NCBI GenBank assembly: GCA_963735595.1
Contig: CAVTLK010000005.1
Location: 231,760 to 295,759 of the forward strand
DNA from: an uncultured delta proteobacterium
GTDB lineage: Bacteria > Desulfobacterota > Zymogenia > Zymogenales > Zymogenaceae
Length of the DNA: 64,000 bases
Direction: 5' to 3'
In this document: piece after piece, positions 49,042 to 59,612 of the stretch
How the letters are laid out: each line of letters opens with the position of its first letter
How positions within the stretch are numbered: the stretch's first letter is position 1
Program-made: the position numbers and the translations under genes
The notes under the pieces: model-generated
Database searches by the model: none
The model's input: the letters and a program-made list of their open reading frames with translations, nothing else
Told to the model about the DNA's origin: nothing

Positions 49042-50494
49042 TTACGACGTAACGCCCTTTTTCCACCGCGCGTAGCGCGCCATCGTGGCAAGCGCAAAGG
49101 CCGCGCGCTCCGGCGTCGGGTAGACCGGGATGCCCAGCTCCATCATCCGCGCAACCGGCGCGTCTTCTATCCCGGTGAACGACGAGGAGAGCACCGGGAC
49201 GCCCGCCTTCCTGAGGATGTCGTTGAATCCCTCGGCGTTGCTGCATATGTAGCTGTCATACCCGGCTACCATCGCGTCGTCCATACCCTGCACCATCGAG
49301 CCGAATTTCTTCTTGCCGTGGGTGGCGCCGAAGACGCCGTAGAAGAGCACCGCGTCGATCTCACCGCTGTCAATGATTATCCGGGGCACGTCGATAAAGA
49401 AGCGCTTGATGTCGAAATCCATCGTCAGGTCCAGCGGGTTTCTCACCTGCGCGGTGGGGATGACGATCGCCCTCAAGCTGTTTCTGGAGGGCCTCGGAGA
49501 ATTCCGGCACGGCAAGCCCCAGGCGCGCGGCCGCGTCGGCCATCGACGTCCCGGGCCCGCCGGAGTTGGTGATGACGGCCACACGGTTGCCCCGCGGCAG
49601 CGGCTGGGTGGCAAAGGCGTGGGCCGTATCGTAGAGCTGCTCCACGGTATCCACGCGGATCACGCCGCTCTGGGCAAAGACGCCGTTGATGATCGCGTCG
49701 GGCGTCGCGATTGCCCCGGTGTGGGAGCGGCCCGCCCGGGAGCCCGCCTCCGTCCCCCCCACGTAGAGCGCCACGACCGGCTTTTTCGCGGTCGTTTTAC
49801 TCACAATCTCGATAAATTTCGGACCGTCCGATATCCCCTCCACGTAGGCCGCCACCGACCTAGTTGTCGGGTCATCGCCAAAATAGCCGATGCAGTCCGC
49901 GATATCGATATCGGCCTGGTTCCCGACGGATACGGCCGAAGACAGGTTCATCCCGAGCCTCTTGAAATAGGGCAGCGGCTGGGTGATGTAGCTGCCGCTC
50001 TGGGAGACCAGCGCCATCCCCCCGGCGGCGCCTTCGTAGAGGAACATGGAGATGTCAAGCTTCGCGTGGCTGTTGATGACGCCGATGCAGTTGGGCCCGA
50101 TGAAGCGAACACCGTTCTTCTTCGCCTCGGCCAGCAGCTCTTTTTCAAGGGCGGCGCCCTCGGCCCCCATCTCCCGGTACCCGGCGGTTATCACGACCGC
50201 CTGCCGGATGCCCTTTTGCCCGCACTGGGCGAGGATGCCGGGGACGAGCCTGGACTGCACCACGATGACGGCAAGGTCGATCTCGCCGGGGACGTCCGTC
50301 AGGGCCGGGTAGGCGGCGAGTCCCAGGGCCGTCTTCTCCCTCGGGTGGATCGGGTAGATCGGTCCGGGGAAACCCGCCGAAATGACCGAGGCCATGAGGT
50401 TGGTAGCGGGACTGGTGAAGCTGTTTGACGCGCCGACAACGGCGATCGAGCGGGGATTGAGTATCCGGGAAAGCGCGTGGCTGGTGTCGTTCAT
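49042..50494 (-). pseudogene. ADP-forming acyl-CoA synthetase / CoA-binding (succinyl-CoA-synthetase-like) protein, one frameshift near 49540
   Basis: N-terminal ORF: SIAVVGASNSFTSPATNLM..IYPIHPRE..VPGEIDLAVIVV (CoA-binding) ...GPNCIGVIN. The C-terminal ORF continues as RAIVIPTAQVRNPLDLTMDFD... in another frame. Confidence 0.65.
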
Positions 50495-50538
50495 GAGATT
50501 CCCTTATGTGTGTGATGGCGAGGTTGAGCCGATTATAT

Positions 50539-50554
50539 GATTGACCAGTCAATC
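50539..50554. promoter_or_regulatory. perfect 7-2-7 palindrome GATTGACcaGTCAATC in a divergent promoter region
   Basis: Seen directly; followed by tgtcaactg (partial third half-site). It sits between the divergent acyl-CoA synthetase-like and fatty-acid-CoA ligase genes. Confidence 0.35.
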
Positions 50555-50745
50555 TGTCAACTGTTAGTCGGGGGATTCCCGTCCGGACAGTATAATTATT
50601 TCCGCTTTTACGACGTACAGCGGTGCGGCCCATCGGCGGGGTAGCGACAAGCGTCATTACAATTGACACCGCCCTCGAAATGCCGTATCCTTTTTTCGAG
50701 GATGTTACGCGATTATGACTATATATAATACATCAGGGGGGAGTC

Positions 50746-52346
50746 ATGGCACGGGAGACACTGACGTGGCACTATGTTAAAAAGTGGGCGGACGAGCGGC
50801 CCGACAAAGAGGCCCTTATCTTCGGGGAAAAGCGGGTAACCTTCAAGGAATTCTACGACACGACCCTGCGGACGGCAAAGCTCCTCCTCTCGCTGGGGGT
50901 GAAAACGGGCGACCGTATCTTTACGCTGTCGGCCGCGCGGGACGAGTGGCTCTACCACTACATGGCCGCGGGGATGATAGGGGCGATCTGGTACGGACTG
51001 AATCCCCGTTATACTGTCAGATGAGTTCCTCTACCAGGTTGATAGACGCGAACACCGACGGTCGGCTTCGTGGTGCGCACGTACGATCTCCTCCAGAAGG
51101 ATTACCGGGAAGACATGGCCGCCGTCAAAGAGGCCAACCCCGGCCTGAAACACCTGGTCGTCATCGGCGAGCCCTGGGAAGGGACGCTCTCGTGGGAAGA
51201 GGAGGTCAAAAAGGACCGCCCCGAGCTCGACGAGGAGCTGAAAAAACGGATGGCCGAGGTAAACGCCGACGACCCGACCCTCATCATCTACACCTCGGGG
51301 ACGACCGGAAAGCCCAAGGGGGCGCTGCTCTGACCCACCGCAACATCATCGCCGCCATCGAGGTCGAGGTCAAGCACTTCATGGTCAACCATGAGCCGGG
51401 CGAGGGGAAGTTCCTGCTCCATTTCCCGATCAACCACGTGGCCGGGGCGGTGGAAATCGCCTATGCCTGCATATACTCCGGGGTCCCGATGGTCCTCATG
51501 GATAAGTTCGACGCCGCCGCAACGCTGGCAACGATCGTCAAGGAAAAGATCACGGTCCTCGGCCAGGTGCCGGCCATGTTCCTGCTCGAATTCAAAGTCC
51601 CCGATTTCGACAGCTACGACCTCTCGTCGATCAGGAATTACATGTGGGCCGGGGCGGCAGCCCCGGAGGGGATGGTCAAGAAGCTCGCGGCCACCGGGGC
51701 AACGCTTATCACCGGCTACGGGCAGACGGAAAACGCCGGCTTCATCACGTACAGCAAGCCGGGTGATTCCATGGACGACCTGATCAAGACCGTCGGCAAA
51801 TGCGACGACGCGTTTGAAATCAAGCTCATGAACAACGACGGCAAAGAGGTCCCCAAAGGCGAGGTGGGGGAGATATGGATGAAGGGTGACCTCGTCATGA
51901 AGGGCTACTGGAACAACCCCTCGGCCACCGCCGAGACGATCGTGGCGGGCGGGTGGCTCCGCTCCGGCGACCTTGCCACGATGGACGAGCGCGGCTACAT
52001 CACCATCGTCGGCAGGACCAAGGAGATGTTCAAGTCGGGCGGCTACAACGTCTACCCGCGGGAGATCGAGGCCGTCATCGAGCGGCACCCCAACGTCGCC
52101 TTCGTGACCATCGTCCCCATCCCGGACGAGACCTGGCAGGAGGTCGGCAAGGCGTTTATCATGCCGGTGCCCGGCACCGAGATCAAGGAAGAGGAGCTGC
52201 GGGAGCTCTGCAAGAAACACCTGGCCAACTACAAGGTGCCCAAGGAGTTCGAGGTCAGGCCGATCCTGCCGCTGCTTCCCACCGGCAAGATCAACCGGCT
52301 GGCGCTGGTGGCCGAAGAGAAAAAGAAGCGTGAGGGCGGCGCGTAA
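50746..52346 (+). pseudogene. AMP-dependent fatty-acid--CoA ligase (FadD-like), at least 2 frameshifts (about 51030 and 51330)
   Basis: ORF 50746..51024 is the N-terminus. ORF 51070..51333 carries TSGTTGKPKGALL (the AMP-binding P-loop). The 50784..52346 frame carries the rest (GYGQTENAG..., GEIWMKGDLVMKGYW, GWLRSGD, KVPKEFEV...LPTGKINR). Confidence 0.7.
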
Positions 52347-52420
52347 GAGGAGTCGGGGGGTATGCGGTACGTTGTGCGTACCACGTCGGATCGGCCTTCG
52401 ATAAAAAGACAGGAGCGGAT

Positions 52421-53364
52421 ATGAGACGACGGGTGGTTGGTTCGTGTATCCTCGCGGCGGTAATCGTCGCGTGGTGCGGCTGCGGCGCCTACGCGGCCGG
52501 GCCGCTCACCCTTGCCACGGGGCAGCCCGGTGATTTCTTCTGGGTCATGGGAAAGGAGCTGTGCCGGATCTGGAGCGCGGAGGGCCTGCCCGCAGAAGTG
52601 GTGGAGACGGCCGGGGATCGTGAAAACATCGATCTGGTCGCCGCGGGGAAGGCCGATATCGCCCTCGTGTCGGGCATCGCGCTGGCGGGCTTTCTGGCCG
52701 AGCACCCCGGTTCCCCGATCGTCACCGTCGCGACATGCTGGGAGAAGCCGGTCCACGTTATGCTTAAAAAGAAACTCATCGAGACCGGCACCATGCGCGA
52801 CCTGGAGAAGAGAAAGCTCTATCTCGGGCCCGAGGCGAGCCCCGATGGAGTCGCGGCCAGGCGTATGCTGGCCGTCCTCGGTATCGAGCCGTACCGGCAT
52901 ACCAGGGACGTCGCCGAAACCGAGCTGCTCTCGGTCATGACCGATTTTGTGAAACAGGAGCTTGACGGGGCGATCGTTATCGGGCCCGTCGGCGACCCGA
53001 TGGTGCGCGACATCATCGGCGGTTCCGGCGGCATCTTACGGGCTTATCCCGGCCGACGAAGCGGCGGTATCGGCCCTCGCCGGGGCGGGGCTGCCCCTGT
53101 TCCTGTCGACGATACCCGCGGATAGCTACCCGTACCACCCCGATCCGGTCAACGTGATCGCGGATGGGAACCTACCTCATTGCGCGGGCCGATCTCCCGG
53201 ACGAGACGGCCCGGAGGCTGTCGGCGGGCATCTTCGATAACGCGGCTCGGATCGCCGCGTATTTCCCCCAGGGGGGGACGCTTTCGTCCGAAAACGCCAC
53301 GGCGCACCCGGTCGCCCCGCTGCACCCCGGCCCTGAAGTGACCGTCGGCAGGAAACGACCATAA
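52421..53364 (+). pseudogene. TAXI-family TRAP transporter solute receptor, 2 frameshifts (about 53030 and 53165)
   Basis: Signal peptide; LTLATGQPGDFFWVMGKELCRIW...ETAGDRENIDLVAAGKADIAL is the TAXI core. The C-terminus continues in two other frames (LIPADEAAVSALAGAGLPLFLSTIPADSYPYHPDPVNVIA, then GTYLIARADLPDETARRLSAGIFDN). Confidence 0.65.
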
Positions 53365-53367
53365 ACA

Positions 53368-53396
53368 AAGGCCGGGTATCCCCGGCCTTTTTTGTT
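53368..53396 (+). terminator. rho-independent terminator after the TAXI gene
   Basis: aaaggccgggtatccccggccttttttgttt. Confidence 0.55.
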
Positions 53397-53421
53397 TCGC
53401 GATACGCCGTCCTGTCTGCAG

Positions 53422-54610
53422 CTATTTCCCCTCCATCTCCTTGACGGCCTCGATGCAGATTGAGAGCGCCGACTGGAGCTTTTCCTCCTCGATGTTGCCG
53501 GGGTTGTCCAGCGGCGAGTGCCAGAGGGAAAAGAGTTCGGTCTCATCCATGCCGAAGAGGCAGGCCGACTTTCCGCCGTGCTTGATGATCGAGTAGGAAT
53601 CGGTGCCGCCGTAGGTGATGGCGATCTTCGGCAGATCGATCCCCGCGCGCCTGCCCGCCCGCTCGATGAGGTCGATGGCCTCGGGGCTGTAGGGGTTCAT
53701 GTACATCTTTTCCTTTTCGATGATCCCGAGCCTGCCCGACCCCACGGTCTCCATGTTGATAGTTTATCGCGTCTCGGATCAGCTTCTGTTCCCCTGGGCG
53801 AATCCCCACGAGCCGTACATGAAGGGCTCCTCGGAACCGAACGAGACGAGCACTGACCTCGTCGTTTTTCGGGGGGTTCTTCTTGAGGTAGTCGGCGATT
53901 CCCACGAGCACGACCACCGCCGACAGGTTGTCGTTGGCGCCCGAGGTTCCTGACGCCGGTGATCATCTGCGACCGGAAAATAGACGCCTACCGCGAGGCC
54001 GACCAGCGATATCCCGAAGATCACGTCATACCAGGCCAGGCCGAACGGGCGCGAGATCACCGGTCCCGCAAGTATCGCGCGGAGGATCCCCGCCGGGATG
54101 AGCAGCGCCATGCCAACGACGATCGACTGCTCGATGAGGTGGACGTACCGCTTGGTCCTGAGGCCCAGCATCGGCATCATGTCCGGGCTGTCGTGGTGGC
54201 CCGAAAAGATGAGGGTCTGCGTCCGCTTGCCCTTCGGGGCAAAGGTCGCCATTATGTTTCGGGTCGTCGTCTTTTTGAACATCCAGTCGATAACCCCGTT
54301 TCCGAACTGGCGGGAGAGGATAAGCAGGGTCAGGAACGCCGCCACCAGCAGCGCCGAGACCACGGGAACAAAGAAGTAGCAGGCGGCCGAGATAAGATAG
54401 ACCCCGGTAATAACGTTGATGAGGCCCGGCAATGATCCCCGGGGCCACCGGGACGTCCTGGGTGGAAATTGTTGCGCCCCTCTTTTTGAACTCGGCGGCG
54501 ATTACACGTCCGGCCTTCAGTTCCGCGTCGCTGCCCGCGGGGCGGGGGCCGATCTCGTCGATAATTCGCTGGATAAACGGCTTGAGATCCATGTGTGCCT
54601 CCACTGACAA
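53422..54610 (-). pseudogene. M28-family metallopeptidase with internal TM segments, at least 3 frameshifts
   Basis: N-terminus: FIQRIIDEIGPRPAGSDAELKAGRVIAAEF. Middle (54432 frame): TM helices plus LIFSGHHDSPD (zinc His/Asp). Then VVVLVGIADYLKKNP / FGSEEPFMYGSWGF, and a C-terminus ...ITYGGTDSYSII...WHSPLDNP, spread across frames. Confidence 0.55.
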
Positions 54611-54728
54611 TATAAAAATTTAGTCATATTATGCACAATACCGGTCATTTGTCAAACACCTTGTATCATCCGGGCGCCGCCCGGCACGCGGCAAAATCCT
54701 TTGACATAAGCGCCTGGTTTGGGTAGAG

Positions 54729-56122
54729 TTGAGCTATCCATCATCCCATCGGGAGGGTACCATGTCACCGTCGCGCACCAAGAGCCCGCTCTTCACCGGG
54801 CCCCTTACCATGACCGAAATCATCCTCTATAACCTGGCGGGGCTGGCGTTTAATGTCTACGACACCGTCCTTTATTCCTGGGTGAACTACTTCTACAACC
54901 CGCCGGAGGGGTCGGAGGCCGTGCGGTATCTTCCGGCCGCGGCCTTCACGATCGCCGCGATCCTCTTCGGGGGCAGGATCCTGGACGCCGTTACCGATCC
55001 GCTGATCGGCTACTGGAGCGACCACACGAAGACCCGCTGGGGGAGGCGAAAACCCTACATCTTTATCGCCAACCCGATCCTCTTCCTGGCGTTTATCTTC
55101 GTCTGGACGCCGCCGACCGCGGGCGCCAGCGCCGCGAATATTATCTATCTTGCCGCGATCCTCTTCGTCTACTACTGGGCCTACACGGCCGTCTTGATCC
55201 CCTGGTTCGCGGTGCTGCCGGAGATGAGCCCCAAGAAAGACGTCCGGGCCAAGATCGCGTCCATCGGGGTGGCCCTCGGTATCCTCGGCGCGTTGGTCGC
55301 CGGGGGGCTCTACGGTACGCTGATATCCAAGTTCGGGGTTTTCGTCATGGCGCTGATCCTGGGGGCGGTCGCCTTTATCGCCGGGGAGCTGTCGCTGTTG
55401 GGGATCAAGCAGCGCCACCGGATCGACGAGTCCGAAAAGCTCTCGGGCTTTTTTGCGGCGCTGAAGGAGGCCTTTGCCGACCGGCAGATATTCTCCTTTG
55501 CCGCGATGATCACGCTGGTGCAACTCACCTACCAGCTCATGCTGATGAACACACCGTACCTCGTTTCGCTCATCCTCAAGCGGCCCGATACCGATTCGTC
55601 GATCCTCATAGCCGAGGTGGTCATCGCGATGGCGATATCGATCCCGCTCTGGTATTTCCTGGTCAAAAAATACCCCAAGCGGCAGGTCTTCCGCGGCGTG
55701 ATCGTCGCCATGATCGCGGGGTTCGGGCTGAGCTACTTCATCGGGGACTATCCGGTGCTCTCTCCCTTCGTCCAGGCGATGATTATCTTTCCCGATCGCG
55801 GCGATCCCGCTGGGCGGGGTCTTTTTGATGTCGCTCTTGTTGATCGCCGACCTCACCGACTACGGCGAGCTCAAGACGGGCAAGCGTAAGGAGGCGATCT
55901 ACTTACGGCATATACGGCTTCGTGCGCAAGACCGGCTGGGCGTTCTCCGCGGTAATCCTCAACGCGGTGCTGGCGGTCTTCGGCTACAGCGCCGAAAACC
56001 CGACCGGGGTGAAGGTGGTCTGGGTGGTCTGCGCCGTCTCCTGCCTCGTGGGCCTGCTCCTCTTTATCCCCTACAAGCTCGGGGATACGAAGGAGGAGAC
56101 GAAGAAGATTATGAAGATGTAG
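54729..56122 (+). pseudogene. MFS transporter (GPH / glycoside-cation symporter-like), 2 frameshifts (about 55790 and 55905)
   Basis: The 386-aa ORF has GPH-like N-terminal helices (ILYNLAGLAFNVYDTVLYSWVNYFY). The C-terminus continues in two other frames (LLLIADLTDYGELKTGKRKEAIY, then RKTGWAFSAVILNAVLAVFGYSAENPTGV...). Confidence 0.6.
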
Positions 56123-56253
56123 CCGACAACGACGGCTGATACTGCACCGAGGCCGGTTTTCGACCCCGTACGGCCGCGGGCTTGTGCCATGTAAAAAGAA
56201 TCTCAGAATAAACCTTGATATTCGAATGATCAGCTAGGTGAGCGGGAAGTAAG

Positions 56254-57330
56254 ATGTCGAAAAGACCCTTTTCGGGGAGCATCGTACTGATACTGTCGGC
56301 CCTTCTTCTGGCCTTTATCCCTTCGGCTGCGGCAGGCGGTATGGCGGTTTCGGACCATTACGACGGGTCCGTTTTCTTCAATCCCGAACCCGGTCATTCG
56401 TTTACCGATATGGTCAGGTGGCTCTGGGAGATGGAGCGGGTGCCGTGGCCCGATTGGGTCCAGGACCCCCCACAATCTCCGCCGCCGGAGCGTGTCTGCG
56501 GCAACGGGCTCCGGGTGACCTACATTAATCACGCGACGACCCTGATCCAGATGGAAGGAATCAATATTCTTACCGATCCGATCTGGTCGACACGGGCGGG
56601 TCCCGCCCCGTTTATCGGGCCCAGGAGGGTGCGGGCGCCCGGCGTGGCATTTGGGGACCTGCCGCCGATCGATTATGTCCTGATATCGCACGACCACTAC
56701 GACCACCTGGATATCCCGACGGCCAAACGGTTGAAGGAGGCGCACGATCCGGTATTCATAACAGGTCTTGAAGTCGGCAGGTTCCTTCGGGCGCACGGGA
56801 TAGATAACGTCGTCGAGCTGGACTGGTGGCAGTCGCATGTTTTAGGGGATGCCGGCGTCACGTTGACCTTTGTTCCGGCCATGCACAGCTCGGGTCGGGC
56901 GCCGTTCATGGAAGACAGGACGCTCTGGGGAGGATTTGTTATCGATTCTGCGGGCGGGCAGGTCTATTTTGCCGGGGATACGGGCTACGGGGAGTTTATC
57001 AATGACATCGCCGCGCGGTTCGGCCGGATCAGGCTTGCCGTCATGCCGATCGGCAACTACGAGAAGCGGTGGTTCATGAAATCGCAGCACCTCAACCTGG
57101 ATGACGCCGTCATGGCCCACCGGGCCCTCGGTGCCGGGACGAGCATCGGGATGCATTTCGCCACGTTTGCGGAACACCCCGAACAGTCCATAGACGCCCA
57201 TGATAAGGACCTGGCCGACGCCCTGAAAAAATACGGCGTGCCGGTATATGAATTTCGGGTCCTCGAATTCGGTGAAGGTAGGGACATACCGCCCTTATCG
57301 GAGGATTTGGACGATAATGGGGGGCACTAG
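56254..57330 (+). CDS. MBL-fold metallo-hydrolase (secreted)
   Basis: Signal peptide; LISHDHYDHLD zinc motif; 358 aa intact. Confidence 0.8.
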   Translation: MSKRPFSGSIVLILSALLLAFIPSAAAGGMAVSDHYDGSVFFNPEPGHSFTDMVRWLWEMERVPWPDWVQDPPQSPPPERVCGNGLRVTYINHATTLIQMEGINILTDPIWSTRAGPAPFIGPRRVRAPGVAFGDLPPIDYVLISHDHYDHLDIPTAKRLKEAHDPVFITGLEVGRFLRAHGIDNVVELDWWQSHVLGDAGVTLTFVPAMHSSGRAPFMEDRTLWGGFVIDSAGGQVYFAGDTGYGEFINDIAARFGRIRLAVMPIGNYEKRWFMKSQHLNLDDAVMAHRALGAGTSIGMHFATFAEHPEQSIDAHDKDLADALKKYGVPVYEFRVLEFGEGRDIPPLSEDLDDNGGH

Positions 57331-57391
57331 TTCCGGGGTATCGATCGGTTCATGACAGGAACCGGGCCAACGCTATCCTGCCGCCTTCCCT

Positions 57392-57868
57392 TCAGTGCAT
57401 CATCCCCTCGTGCTCGTCCCAGAAAAAGGACTCCCGGGCCTTTTCGAGCCGTTCCATCTCGGTGATGAGAAACGAGACACGGGCCGCCAGCGTCGGGAAA
57501 CGGCCGCGGCCTTTCTTCCTGAACAGCCGCTTTTCAAGCCGCCTGAGATTCTTGAGATCCTCTTCCTTGAAGGCCCACGCCGTCACCTTCTTCTGTACGC
57601 CGTCAAGGTAGGCCGTAATCCCGTCGCGCTCGATAATGGGGCGGGCAATGAGCGACAGGGGGATAAAGAGCGCCGCGAATAAGACCAGAAACAGGATAAT
57701 CACGTAGACGAACTGCGCGTTCGGGCCGATAATAAACGCCGCGGCGGTAAACGACAGGATAACCGCCACAAAGGCGCCCATAGAGAGGATAAACTGGCCC
57801 GATATACGAAGGTGTCGTGACATCACAGCCCTGTTCACGGTGCCGTACGGGACGCTGCGCACGGGCAC
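57392..57868 (-). CDS. hypothetical membrane protein
   Basis: Two TM helices then a helical charged C-terminal domain. True start may be the internal M at 57823 (MSRHLRISGQF). Confidence 0.4.
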   Translation of the reverse strand: MPVRSVPYGTVNRAVMSRHLRISGQFILSMGAFVAVILSFTAAAFIIGPNAQFVYVIILFLVLFAALFIPLSLIARPIIERDGITAYLDGVQKKVTAWAFKEEDLKNLRRLEKRLFRKKGRGRFPTLAARVSFLITEMERLEKARESFFWDEHEGMMH

Positions 57869-58039
57869 GAAACACCCTGCCGCGTCCGCTATCCCATTCA
57901 GCCTGCGTGGGCGGCGGTTGCGCCGCCCGCACAGGTATCGCGATATAGATATGGGTGAGGGGTACGCCGTGTTTGAAAGACGGTGCTCAGCGCGGATAGT
58001 CTATCGGAAGCCTCACGGTCGGGCGCTCCGCCGGGGCGG

Positions 58040-58729
58040 TTAGTCCCGCCCGCCCAGCAGCCCCGCGCGAATCAGAAAGTAGATGAGCGTCAGGATGGCA
58101 GTGGCCGCAGCCGCCACGTAGGTCATCGCCGCCGCGGTAAGCACCTTTTTGGCCCCGGCGTGTTCCTCGGCCATGAGGATTCCCGAGGAGGATATCGCCG
58201 CCAGCGCCCGCCGGCTCGCGTTGATCTCCACCGGAAGCGTCACGACCTGGAAGGCCACCACGGCCGTAAAGAGGACCACGCCGACCTTGATGAGCCCCAC
58301 CGACCCTAATATCATTCCGCCGATCAACAGGAGCCACGAGAGATTGGAGCCGATGCTTGCCATCGGGACGATAGCGGTGCGCAGCTTCATCGGCGCGTAG
58401 CCTGCCGCGTCCTGGATGGCGTGGCCCGCCTCGTGGGCCGCAACCCCGATGGAGGCGACGGAATTTCCCTGGTAGACGTCCGGCGAAAGCCTGAGGACCT
58501 TTTTTGACGGATCGTAATGGTCGGACAGGAAACCACGGGTCGCTTCAATCTGGACGTTGTTGACGTTGGCGCTCCTCAGGACGCGGGCGGCCGCCTGGGC
58601 GCCCGTCAGCCCGGAGGCCGTGGCCACTTTCGAGTACTTCTTGAAGGCGCTCTTCACCCAGAACGAGGTAATCAGCGAAAAGATGAAGGCGGGCGCCATC
58701 AGGAGCAGATACACGGGATCAAATATCAT
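58040..58729 (-). CDS. zinc metallopeptidase (YugP/PF04298-like) membrane protein
   Basis: HEAGHAIQD HExxH motif inside a multi-TM protein; 229 aa. Confidence 0.75.
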   Translation of the reverse strand: MIFDPVYLLLMAPAFIFSLITSFWVKSAFKKYSKVATASGLTGAQAAARVLRSANVNNVQIEATRGFLSDHYDPSKKVLRLSPDVYQGNSVASIGVAAHEAGHAIQDAAGYAPMKLRTAIVPMASIGSNLSWLLLIGGMILGSVGLIKVGVVLFTAVVAFQVVTLPVEINASRRALAAISSSGILMAEEHAGAKKVLTAAAMTYVAAAATAILTLIYFLIRAGLLGGRD

Positions 58730-58855
58730 CGGTACACCTCCTATACTTTATATAATGTAACGCTTTTCCCCCGATTGTCAAGCGATATCGGTATCGGCTC
58801 ATGCTCATCCCCGGCCGAACCGGGGTCTTCACGGGGGGGGTGTCGGCCGATCGAC

Positions 58856-59612
58856 CTATCTTATATACCGCTCAATGAAGTCCGCCGATCGCATCCGTTT
58901 GCCGAGCTGGTGGTCGATAAACGAAAAAAGGGCCTCCCGGGTCTGGGAGATCGACGCGGGCGAAAGTGCAATGCGGGAGAGCCGGTCGGTCGTGACCTCG
59001 GTTGCCGCCGCAAGCGCCGTGACCGTCGCGCGGGCCAGCATCACCGCCCTGTCCCTCGGCATCAGGCACGCGCCGCAGACCAGCCCCCCCGCCTCCGGGA
59101 CAAAAAAGACATCCGCCGTGTTGACTAATAGGGGATTGACAGCGAACGCAGGCCGAAAAGAGGGGCGCGATACCCGATATCTTGAGGATCCTCAGGACAA
59201 AGAGCCACAGCAGGTTTTCCCGGCCTCCCCGCTCGTCCAGGAGGGACAGGAGGAGGGCCGCCGTCTCAAAGAGGTCCGTCGATCGCTGGGCCTCCGGGAA
59301 GAGCTCCCTGATCAGCTCGATGACGAACGCGGCATAGGCCATCGATCGCAGGTCGTAGGTAAGCCTGCCGTGGGGATCGAGCAGCGACGCGTCTTCTATC
59401 AGGAACAGCTCCCTGCCCCTGGGCAGGTAATATTTCACCCGGATGACGTGTCCGAGGTCAAAGGTGTTGACGAACCGTCTCTTGCTCTTCTTGGCTGCCT
59501 TGGCGACGCCGACGATCCTTCCGGCGTCGCGCACCAGCAGCTCCACCAGCAGGTCGGACTCGCCCATGTCCCGGGTGCCGAGAACAACGGCATGCGATTC
59601 GCGCGATCTCAT
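58856..59612 (-). pseudogene. recO: DNA repair protein RecO, one frameshift near 59090
   Basis: MRSRESHAVVLGTRDMGESDLLVELLVRDAGRIVGVAKAAKKSKRRF...CVRCQSP is the N-terminus. The C-terminus continues in frame 58856..59062 (..FFVPEAGGLVCGAC...). Its ATG overlaps the mgtE stop. Confidence 0.7.
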
